Source: a virus (taxonomy: Duplodnaviria > Caudoviricetes). From it: a DNA stretch of 29,488 bases. Below the pieces are notes generated by a model, which ran no database searches, was not told the DNA's origin, and was given only the letters and a program-made list of their open reading frames with translations. Location: positions 1 to 29,488 of IMG/VR virus record IMGVR_UViG_3300042199_000081; one strand, written 5' to 3'. Positions 1-10,400 of the stretch are shown piece by piece; positions within the stretch are counted from its first letter, which is position 1; each line of letters opens with the position of its first letter. Both the position numbers and the translations under genes were made by a program.

Positions 1-1
1 C

Positions 2-280
2 TACGACCGAGACAGGATCGTCAGAATCCTCGTCGAGAAGGACCTGATGACCCACGAGGAGGCGGAGGAGTTCATCGACCACAACATCGTCGGTGGCTGG
101 ATCGGAGAGCGCACGCCGATCGTCATGCAGCGGATGTACCGATCGCCGCGCAGGACACGGACGACAAGCGAGGAGATCGCCAGACTCCGTTCCGCGCTGG
201 AGCGGATCGCCGAGAACAACGACAAGCCGTATGCCCGAGACTTCGCCATCGATGTCCTGCACAAAGGACCTCTGCTATGA
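2..280 (+). CDS. Conserved phage hypothetical protein, 5'-truncated by the window edge
   Basis: Frame is open from base 2 (YDRDRIVRILVEKDLMTHEEAEEFIDHNIVGGWIGERTPIVM). This resembles a common small phage family (YD...M..EEA.E...N..G...G..TP). TGA stop overlaps the next ATG (ATGA 277-280). Confidence 0.7.
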   Translation, partial: YDRDRIVRILVEKDLMTHEEAEEFIDHNIVGGWIGERTPIVMQRMYRSPRRTRTTSEEIARLRSALERIAENNDKPYARDFAIDVLHKGPLL

Positions 281-597
281 ACTACAGCGCACAGGCTGTC
301 GCAAAGGCTGCGAATCAGGTCGTTCCAGTCGTCTCCCGCAACAGGTCAGGCGATGCGTTCCGTGAGACCATCATCTGCGGAGTGACATGGGACATGCCAG
401 CGATCAGGCCAAGCAGCGTTGAGATCGCCGCAGCAGTCGGCTGCGCCCACAGCACGGCGCAGGACCGCGTCGAGGCTTGGAAGAGAATGGACTGGCGTGA
501 TCGGTATGGATGGATGCGATTGGTGGACGGCTGGCTGTCCGAGTACAGGTCAGAGGCTCGTCCGATCATGGAGGTGACATGTACAACGCCGCAGTAG
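277..597 (+). CDS. Small HTH DNA-binding protein, possibly DnaA C-terminal-domain-like (106 aa)
   Basis: PSSVEIAAAVGCAHSTAQDRV resembles the DnaA domain IV HTH (S..EIG..FG.RDHSTV). ATGA-coupled to the upstream gene. Confidence 0.55.
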   Translation: MNYSAQAVAKAANQVVPVVSRNRSGDAFRETIICGVTWDMPAIRPSSVEIAAAVGCAHSTAQDRVEAWKRMDWRDRYGWMRLVDGWLSEYRSEARPIMEVTCTTPQ

Positions 598-1031
598 TTG
601 GATGGCCCCCGCCGCCGCTCTCTCCGAACGCACGACCGCACTTCTACACGAAGGCAAAGGCAACCAAGGAGTATCGGAGCCTGATCGCATACCACGCGAA
701 GGGCGGAGCCATGATCGACAGAGCGATCCTCTACATCGTTCCTCTCGTACGAGACAGGCGCAGGCGTGACTTCGACAACGTCAGCGCCAAGGCCGCAATC
801 GACGGTCTCACGGACGCTCGGTGGTGGACCGACGACTCGTGCATCGAATGGGCCGTGATCAGCAAGCCGATCTACTCAAAGTCTTGGCCCGAGAACAGCG
901 TCCTGTTCGCCGCCGTGAATGGATCGCGCGGTCACGAACTCTGGCACGACATGCTCGAACTCAAGCGGCGAGCAGCCGCTGGAGAAGACTGCGTGTCTTG
1001 GCTCTCGATCTTCGTGAGCGGTCCACGGTGA
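579..1031 (+). CDS. rusA: RusA-family Holliday junction resolvase (150 aa)
   Basis: WPPPPLSPN N-terminus and RRRRDFDN..AKAAIDGL...W.DDS acidic motifs are typical of RusA-like endonucleases. GGAGG at 570-574 precedes the ATG at 579. Confidence 0.8.
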   Translation: MYNAAVVGWPPPPLSPNARPHFYTKAKATKEYRSLIAYHAKGGAMIDRAILYIVPLVRDRRRRDFDNVSAKAAIDGLTDARWWTDDSCIEWAVISKPIYSKSWPENSVLFAAVNGSRGHELWHDMLELKRRAAAGEDCVSWLSIFVSGPR

Positions 1032-1345
1032 CGTTCCCCTGCACGCAATGCGGGGCCTGCTGTCGGAGGCTCCATGTAATGCGGGGAATCGTCCCTGACT
1101 CGATGATCGCGGCAGACGGATCGTGCGTCCACCTTGTCGGCGACCGATGCTCGATCTACCAGACGAGGCCGTCCCTGTGCAGGATTGACGAGATGGTCGA
1201 TCGCCGAGGGATGGACAGGCAGGCCGCATACGACGCCAACGCCGCGATCTGCAACGCGATGATGGACGAGGACGGGATCGATCTGTCGAAGCGGATACCG
1301 CTTCCAGTCGTGCAGCGGCCAAGCGCGTGCGCAGACGATCCATGA
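1028..1345 (+). CDS. YkgJ-family CxxCxxCC Zn/Fe cysteine-cluster protein (105 aa)
   Basis: FPCTQCGACC...GSCVHL..DRCSIYQTRPSLCR signature. GTG start overlaps the rusA stop (GTGA 1028-1031). Confidence 0.85.
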   Translation: MTFPCTQCGACCRRLHVMRGIVPDSMIAADGSCVHLVGDRCSIYQTRPSLCRIDEMVDRRGMDRQAAYDANAAICNAMMDEDGIDLSKRIPLPVVQRPSACADDP

Positions 1346-1347
1346 AA

Positions 1348-1379
1348 CGGAAACGCCTCCATCGGCAGGAGGCGTTCCG
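1348..1379. terminator. Hairpin between convergent genes; probable intrinsic terminator, best oriented for the - strand
   Basis: AACGCCTCC (1352-1360) and GGAGGCGTT (1368-1376) form a 9-bp perfect stem with a 7-nt loop, extendable with one bulge. On the - strand the stem runs into TTTCCGTTT. It lies between the stops at 1345 (+) and 1403 (-). Confidence 0.6.
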
Positions 1380-1402
1380 CTGGGGGAAAAGATGCACCAA
1401 GT

Positions 1403-4400
1403 CTATTCCGTGCGCGATGCCTTGTCAAGCAGGTTCTTCTGCTTGATCACGGAAGTCTGCAATGCCCGTCGCACGGCAGCGATTGCCTCCTGCTGTTCTG
1501 GAGTCGCACCCTTCGACACCTGCCGCAACTTGCGAAGTTCGTTCTCGGTCTTTGAGACGATCTCGTTGAGGGCGACCTTCTCTGGGTCGAGACCTTCGAC
1601 CGCAGACTGAAGACGCTCGGCGCTGGTCGGCGATTCGACTTCCCGAACGCGCAGGGCGGTGGGGGCCAGCGAGTTCGCGATCTCGTAGTACTGCCGGGAC
1701 ACCGATCGCCTGTCGTTGGCTGCGTCTCCGACGAACGACCGCATGATCGGAATGTCGTTGAGTTCGGCCTTGCTTGGGTCGGACATCGCCGTGTAAAGCC
1801 TGTCGAGCAGGCGTCCCGTTCCGCTCAGGTAGTATCCAGCGAGGTAGCGAAGCGTGTCTGGGCTGGCGTCCACAAACCCAGACTCGAACTCGTCACCTCC
1901 TGTAGCGGAGTTGAGAGACTGCGCGAGCGTGCGCCAGCCTTCTGGGGTGAACTCGAACGCCATCTGCGAGTCTGGCTGCTGCACTCGGCCCATCTGCTCT
2001 CGGTAGATCGGGCGACCAGCAAAGTCGGTGTTGGCGGTGATCTCGGCGATAGGGCGGGCCATCGTCGGAGCAAGGCTCGTCAAGAGACCTTCGGTTCCAC
2101 TCTTGATGCCGCTTCCTCCGATCGGGTTGAACGCCGCGAGCGCGTCGTTGAACGTGCCTCCGATGACGTCCGATGCACGGTCGGTTCCGTTGATCGCTGC
2201 CTCAAGCCTGACCCCAGCCGACACGAGTACGTTGTAGCCGTACGGCATCGGCAGGCTGATGTACTTTCCGCTTCCGCTTGGATCGAAGAAGAAAATCTTT
2301 GCGGTCTTGTCCTCGTCTCGGAGGTTGTCCCAGCGCGACTGCCCACGCTCTTCGTCTTCGCCGCCCATAGCACGGGCCATCGCGGCCATGACGTACCCGA
2401 ACAGGATCAGGTGCGGCATCGTGAGAGCGGCCCTGACAGGGTTGCGGATCAACCCAGAGATGATGTTGGCGTTGCCCTGAAGAGCGGCATTCAAGAACAC
2501 GTACCAAGTGTTGAGCGCGGGCTTCGCCAGTCCTCCCTTGGAGAAGTCCACGGTGATGTCTCGGCCAGCGAGCGCGGCGGTCTGAACGCTGTCGCCAGCC
2601 GCAAGACGCTGCTCGAACTGGGCAAGACGAGACGCGGTCTCCGCCGCCGCAAAGAACGCGGTGTACCAGCCGAACAGGGTCTTCGCGAGAGACCTGTCGT
2701 TTGGATCACGGCGCTCTACCCGCCGCGCAAGCGCCTCGAAGTCCGTCCTCTTGACGTCAAGGTCGTTCTCCTTCCAGTAGACCTGACCTCCTCCAGCGGC
2801 GAGGAACCGACGGTAGGTTCCCGTGGCGTTCCCATTTCCGAGCCACTCGTCGCGCATCACGCGAGCGAAAGCCAGAGGCCAACGACTCAGCATCCCAGCG
2901 GTGTCCATGAATCCTCTGGTCACCATGTTGTTCAATGTCGCAGTACCGACGTCGCGCAGCATGTTGACGGGCGCGAACGCTGGGTTCGCGGGACCAGTCG
3001 TCATGTACCTCCAGACGTTGTTGACCGCCCGAAGGCCGCGCTCCCACGCACGGAGGTCCATCGACGGCTGGAGCATCGCATCGGCGAGACGCCTGTTGTT
3101 GATGCGGATCACGACCATGTCCCCAGCCACGTAGTCGTGTCCGTTGATGGTCATCGGCTCGTCCACATAGACTCCGAAGTGACGACCGTCGCTGGTCCAT
3201 GTAGGGTCGTGGACCACGCGGACCGCTCCGTCCACGACGATCCGTCGGGTCGGTCGCACGACCTCGCCCCATGCCCTGTCGTTGATCGCCCGCATCATTC
3301 GCAGGAACCGCTGTCCGACGTCGTTCCTCGCGATGCGCCTGATCGTGTCCTCGTGGACGTATGCCACCTGCGAGGTGATGCCAGACGCTTCGCTTCGGCG
3401 TCCAGCGGCCATCGGCATTCCCCGACCAGTCGTCGAGAGACCGCGACCGTACTGAGGACCCATCTCCTCGAAGTCGGCGTCCCAAGGGTCACGCGCTGCG
3501 ATTCCACGGAGCGGGACGTACCGCTTGTACTCAGCGTTGATCGCGGCGTAGACCTCTGGCCTCACGAGACCAGCGTCGATCCGGGCGTCGAGCGCCTCTT
3601 GCAGCATCATCCGCCACTCATCGGCGAACCGCTCGAACACAGGCAGGCGACCGCTCCGCTGTACACGGGCGATCTCCGCCGCCGCGTCAGCGTTGGTCAT
3701 TCCCGACCCGCCGTCGGGTCGGGTCGGGTCGATTCGGGCGATGTAGCGGTTGCGCTCCTCCGCGTGCTGGGCGTAGAGGAACCGATCCATGTCGTCGAGC
3801 GAGATGCCAGCGACATGCTGACGACGAAGGAGATCGGCGTACCGAGCCTCCGCGTCCAGTTGCTGCTGGGCGATGTTACCCTGCAACAGGCGAGCGCCAA
3901 GGTACGGGTTCGCGACGTCGGCGAGCGCCGTTCCAGTACGCTCCTCGGCCACGCGGGTGGCACGAAGGACCTCGTCAAACCGATCGAGGTATCGGAGCGT
4001 CGCTTCGTCCTTGATTCCACGCACCCCACGGCGCATCGACATCATGGATTTGATGACCCGCTCGCCTGTCAATGGGTCCATTGCCGTCGATGGATCGGTC
4101 GGCAATGTCTCGTCCTCGACACGACCTTCGGTCCATGTCCACGACGGCATCAGACCAGTTTTCTGATCCGCAAACTTCGTCTCGAAGACATTGGCAGTCT
4201 TGTTCTGTTCGGCATACGGCCCGAAGTTGAGCCAACTGTTTTGCCCTCTGGTCTCGCTCGTGAGAGCGCCGACGGCAGAACCTGTGAACAGACGCACGTG
4301 GGCCTGCCATGCGTTCTCCTCTCCTTGCGCTCGGAATCCAGAGCCCTCCATTCCGTGTCCGAACGCATCATGCACGGCTCGGAACAGGTCGTTGGCGAGT

Positions 4401-7400
4401 ACTGGACGAAGCGGACCGTTCGGGTTCCCGAACGGCCACTTGATTCCCGTGTCTGCCAAAAGCGGATTCTGGGATGGATCGAAATCCGATGTCCCGAACC
4501 CAGCAGCGGTGTCGAACACACCCATCTGCTTGTTGCTGCGGAGATCGCGCATCGCACGCCAAGGCTTTCCTTCGTATGGGTCGCTGTTCTCGTCGAACAG
4601 CCAGAACCGATATCCAGCACTTTCAAGCGCCTTGTACTGCGCCGTCGTCTGCTTGATCAGGTTCTCATACGCCTCCGCCACCGTCGGGTCCGACGGGGAG
4701 TGCTGCATGTCTTCGTACGCCTGTGCGATTCGACGGGCTCTTTCCTCGTCCACCATCGCATAGCGTGCCTGCCGCTTCAGGTTGATTCCGTTGTCTTTGG
4801 CGTATTGTTCCGCTACTTGGACGATCGACGGGTCTGGTCCCGTAGCGCCTTCGACAACTGGCGCACCTTCAAGCGGCGAATAGACTCCAGCCGTTCGCTG
4901 CCCTCCTCGGTCTCGACTGAGTTGATCTGAGGATTCTGGACGCCTTGAGTAGGAAATCTCCCCGACGACACCTCTTCCTTGAGGCGATCCATCGCCCGAG
5001 AACCGACCAGTCTGATCAGTTCCTCGACGTTGGAGTCTGGATTCGATGGACCGCGCGGTGTAGTTGCTGATGGTTTCATTGGTGCTTGCCTTGCTGTATC
5101 CTAGCCGCTTCGCCGTGTCGATGATGTAGAACCAGCGGACAGCCTGAAGCGCAGACGGCTGCATGTCGTCGCCAGTCGCCTTCTTCCACTCCTCGTTGAA
5201 GAGTTCGCCAAAGCGGACGAACAGGTCGTGTTCTTCCTCCCCGACTGGAAGTCCCGTGTTCTCCTCGAACATCCCCTTGAACTGGGCTCGGATGAACCGA
5301 GACTCCCAGAGGTCCACGGTCGTGTAGCGGGAATCCCCGAGCGCGTTCATGGTGTAGGCGCCGACCTTCGGGCCGAACATGAACAGGCGCGGCACGACGT
5401 CCGACGTTCCCGATGCGTACTCGACGACGCGGCGGACCTTCCCGACCTCGCCGACTCCGCCCTTGTAGCCTAGAGACTTCTTCTCCTCGGAAAGGTTCTT
5501 GATGGTGTCGGTCTGCATCATGTATTCGAGCGCGGCATCCCACGAACCAAGCCGCTCGGCGATCTTTTCGACGGACTTGATCACCTTCAACTTGTTTGGA
5601 GCGGAGTTGCCGCTGATCTCGTACGGACCCGTGACTCCCTTGGGTGCGCCCTTGTCGTTGACACCGAACTCGAATGCGTCGAAGTTTCCCTTCGCCATCC
5701 AATGGTCGAGAAGCATCACCATGTCGGTGATGTTGGCGGCGAGCGCCGTGTTCGGAGACGTCACGCCAGCCAAGAACCTAGCCACCCGCATCTCTTCGTC
5801 GGTGAGAGGGCGCTTGTAGTGGGCCTCTAGGAACCCGCGCGTGGCCTTCCAGTCGTTCTCGTAGTAGTCCGCGAACCTCCTATTCTCCTTCCCAAGCCAT
5901 GCAGACACGTCTTGGACGGCCCTGCGAGCGGCCTCCCTGATGTTGCGGGCGTCAGGCTTCAACTGGCCGCGACCGCGCCTGAGAAGAGCCGGGAACCCAG
6001 CCGCTGGTCCAAGGAAGAACGCATCCTCGGTCTTGAACTTCCGAGGCGGCTCCCCTCCAGCGATTCGCATTGCTGCGCCGATCGCTCCGCCAGTCTGGTT
6101 GCGGCGCGACATCATCGCGAGACCGTTCTTGGCACGTTCGATGAACTCGGGAGACATGTCGAGGACCGTGTTGGTGCGCCACGGCTCCGCTCCCCTCTGA
6201 TCTATGGTTCCGACGCCAGCCTTAGTCAAAGTCCCCGCGTTCATCTTCTTGACAAACTTCTGGATGATCTTCGGAAGGACGTCGTCGTAGAACTTCACGT
6301 TGCCCTTGCCAGCGACGCTTTCTGGGTTCTGACGCAGGGCCTTGTTCACCTGCGATCCAGTAGCGAACGCGATGCTGGTGTACCCCATCTCGATCGCGTC
6401 TAGGACGATGTTCCTGAGAGCGAGGTTGACGAAGCCCTCTGTGTCGGCACGCTTGCCTAGATCGCGTGCCTCTCCACCGACCTTCTCTGCGGCGATCTCG
6501 GCCTCGCGCATCGACTGGTATCGGCGCGGGTTCTGGTTGCCCTTCTCGTCCGTGTAAAGGACCTCGGCTCCGTCCTTGAACACACCGAACTTCTGGGAGG
6601 TCACGAACGGTGCGTCGCGTTCTGTGGCGGATGCCTCCTCTTCGGTCACTCCAGCACGTTGCCTCAGTTCCGCCTCGGCCAGTCGGAGGTCTCGTTTGGC
6701 CTCCTTGAGAAGTTTTTGCGGATCACGCATGGCATGACGCGCGAGAACATAGTCTCGGATGGCGTCAATCTCGGCTTCCGAAACGTCGCGTTCTGGAGAT
6801 ATGGCCCCTGCTGCGGGGCGCATTTCCTTGACGCGGTCAAAGAACCTCTCGATCCCATCGCGGCCCAAGGTTCCGTCACGGAATGTGCGGTAAAGTTCAA
6901 GCGGGAATGGAATAGCAAACCGTGTCTTGAACCAATCTTCAGCAGCGTCCAAGTAGTAGGAACTTGCAGCAAGGTTCACGGCAGGACGATTCAGGCGCCT
7001 CTCCTCTTCATCGAGCGGAGCCATCGGAGCCTTGAGTTCCTCGATACGCCGCTTCAGCGGGTGATCGGCAGGTAGCCGAACATCAGCACCCTGCAACTTC
7101 TCCTCTCCGCTGCGCCTTCCCTGCGCCCAGTCGCTCTGAATCTCGAACACGCGCATCACTCGGTCCACCAACGAGTTCGGGCGTAGCACCTGCGCTTCGT
7201 CGGTGCGGTAGTGGGCGACTGGGTTCAAGATGGCCCAGTTGTGGCTTTCAAAACCCAGATCGGAGTCAGGGGTCTCTGGCGACACATCCGAATAGGAACG
7301 CGGGAAACGCTTGCCCTTGATCTTGGGAAGGCGAAGGATCGTCTCGCGGTAGTTATGTCCACCAAGACCCACGAACTTGTACTTGGGTTCTCCGTACACC

Positions 7401-10400
7401 GCGCCCTTGTCTGGCTTGTTCGCTTCGACCAGTTCCTTCGCAATCTCGACCGCACGCGGGTTGCCAGACCTTTCGGCAATGTCGGTGATGAACTGCATAT
7501 GCTCGTCAGAGAGCCGTGTCTTGCCTAGCAAAGGGTCTTGCAGTTCCAGAAACGTTGACAACATGTCGTTCAACTGCGCGACACCAGAACTTGCCCGATC
7601 GACGTCCCTGCGGGCCACGCGAACCACATTCGCAATCTCGCGTTCAATCGCATCTTCGGCCTCTTCTTCAGTCTGGAAGACGGACGGATTAGTGTTGCCT
7701 CCAAGCGCGTATGAGTAGCGTGTGCCGTATTCGTCGGTCTTCTCCATCCAGACGCTGTATCCGCCGACGTCATCGTAGAAATGGACATGACCTGTCATCT
7801 CCAAGGCGCTTTCGAGCGCGTTATGCGCCTTGAATCGGTTCGGATTGACTGCATTTATCACTCGTTCGCCATAAGAACCGACAAGAGGGCGCTCCGCAGG
7901 ATTCTGGGAATCTGGGTCGGTTCCGAACGGGATTCGCGGCGGGTTGGCGCGGAACTCTTCGTAGAGTTGCTCGGCGAGAAAACGCCGCCTTGCAAACGGC
8001 TCGGACGCGCCAACGACCCGCTCGATCTGGATTCCGTTCTGGTCGAGGTAGTCGCTGATTTCCTGCTTGGATACCTTGTTGCCGCCAGCGAGGCGCAGGA
8101 AGTCCGTGATGCCAGACCACTCGACCTCGTCGGACTTGACCGTTCCCTTGTTCACGAGCGCGGCGATGCGCTGGGTCCACGCCTGCGGAGACAGCCGCTC
8201 GGAATCGACCGAGAGCATCTCCTTCTTCAGCCCAGAGTAGAGAGGCGGACGCCGCGACCCCATGATGTCCGAAGAAGCATCTGGTGGAATCTCCATCACG
8301 TCCTTCGGTAGCACCGCTATCTGCCCGTCCCGTGACGCCCACAATGGGTTCAACGGAGCGAACACCTTGGTTTCGCGTACTGGCCCGCGAGCAGCCTTCT
8401 TGAGGAGTTCGATGAGGCGAGCGTTCGTCTGAAGACCCTCCTCCGTAAAGTAGAACGTTGCCCTGTTCGGGACATCTCTGGGCTGCTCCAGACCATAGTT
8501 GAGAAGCGCAACGACCTCTGCTTCCTCTTCGTCGTTCAACTTGTCGTAGTTGAGGACTTGGTTGTTGAGCAGGCCCATGTTGGCTGCTCCAACCGTGAAC
8601 CGCGTTGCAACCTGCATTCCCGCTGGTGGTTGCGAACGACGGGAGTACGACGCCCCACGGTACGGGGCGAGCCCACGGATTCCCTTCTCAAGCGCATCGA
8701 ACGGTACGTCGTCGTAGGTTCGGCGAGCGGCCATGTCCTCGACCGTGAACACCTGATCGAGTACCTTCTCTCCCTCGGCCTCGTACAACTTGTCGGCGAC
8801 AGACCGAAGCGACGAGTCGTTGAGCCCGCGCATCTGGATGTTGTTGCCCTGCACGCGGACCCAGTTCTTGTCGAACCCGTATTCACGTGGATCGCCGAGA
8901 CCCATCGCAAAGTTGGCGCGGCGTCGGAACTGCTCGCGCTGTTCCTGCGGAACGCCAGCGGATTCCATGAATGCCGTGATACCTTCGTCTCCGACAATGG
9001 TTCTGACCATGTCCTGCGCTTCGTTGAAGTCCCAGCCGTCGCCCTGATCCATCTCCTCGATTCTGGCGTCGAACTGCTCAAGACTAGACTTCAGCGCATT
9101 GTCAGTAGCCGCTGATGCGAGTTGGCGGAAGTTCGACGCGAGATCGCGCACGGCTTCCTGCTGCGCCAGCATCTCGTGGTTCATGTCACCGACGTCGCCG
9201 TCCGCGAACAGGGGTCCGCTATCTGTCAGCCACCACTCGCCGCGCAGCGTGCGGCGCGACCCCATGATCTCGGGTGCCTGCGTCGGGCGCTCGTTGAAGT
9301 AGCCCTTGATCTGATTGGCGTTGAAGACGGCGATGTCTCGGTCTTCCGCTGGCTGTGCATCGAGTTCACGCACATACATTCCATCGAATCCAGCCGCTTT
9401 GATGGCATTGAGAACACGAGTCTGTTCAAGATTTTCGTAGTGGCCGTCGTCAATGTCATCTCGTGAAACACCAAACCGCCGCAACGCTTTGACATGCCGA
9501 GGATTGTCTGAATCGAACAGGTTCTTGGCACTCAAAACTGCGGGTATCACACGAGCGCCACCGCCTTCGCGAGTGAACTGTTCGATACCAATGTTGTCAA
9601 TGATGTCTTTCTGTCTACCTGTCGCGTAGTCCGACGCATCATCGGCGTTCGGCGAGAAGTAAAACAGACCGTCAGCACCCTCGGGTCCGCGCCTTCCCAT
9701 GTCTCCTTGGAACCGATCGAAGTCATCAGCCGTCCCGTGGAACACGGGAATCAGGTCGCCGTTCTCGTCAACGACCTGAGAGCCCTCGCTCCACGCCGCC
9801 ATCTCGGGGGTCATCTCCGAACGCCTGATCGGGCGCAGCGACATCATCGCCCGCCTGTCTCGGGGGTCGATCGACTGCATGTCCACGAACGGGCTGGTGG
9901 TCGGCTCGGTCGGGCTTTCCAAAGGTTCAGGGATCGGTTCAGCAGCGGCCTGCGCCTGCTCGGTCGCGGGCATCCTCGGCATCCTCGGGATGCTCGGCCT
10001 GCCACCAGACGCAGACTGGACGCTTGCGAGCGTCTGGGTGAGCATGGGAAGGATCGACGCCATCGCGTTGACCGCGCTGGCGAGGGCGCTGACGGTGGGC
10101 GCTCCCTCGGCCTTGAGAGCCTGCCCCGCCTGTTCGAGCGTTTGCCCCGCCTTCTGCATGGGCCGCTCTTCCTCTGGTGGCGCAGACAAGATCGTCGCAG
10201 GAACGCCCTGAGCGCCCTCCAAGGGCCTTCGGCTGAATGAGGCCCCTCCAGCCATCCCGCGCTCGGACTGGGCAGGAGAGGCCGCTCCGCCGCCCTGCTC
10301 GGGCGCTGGCTGGGTCGCCTGAGAATCAAGCCAAGCACGCATCCCCTCGCGGTATCGAGCCTCGGTCTCCCGGCGGGCCTGATCGAATATCCGCATCTCG

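Noticed and set aside
2411-4930. 839-aa + strand ORF and other long antisense ORFs (e.g. 13834-14928, 24474-26219, 27945-29315)
   Set aside because: They lie opposite well-supported genes, have R/V/D/H/G-biased shadow composition and show no motifs. Such ORFs are expected in high-GC coding DNA.
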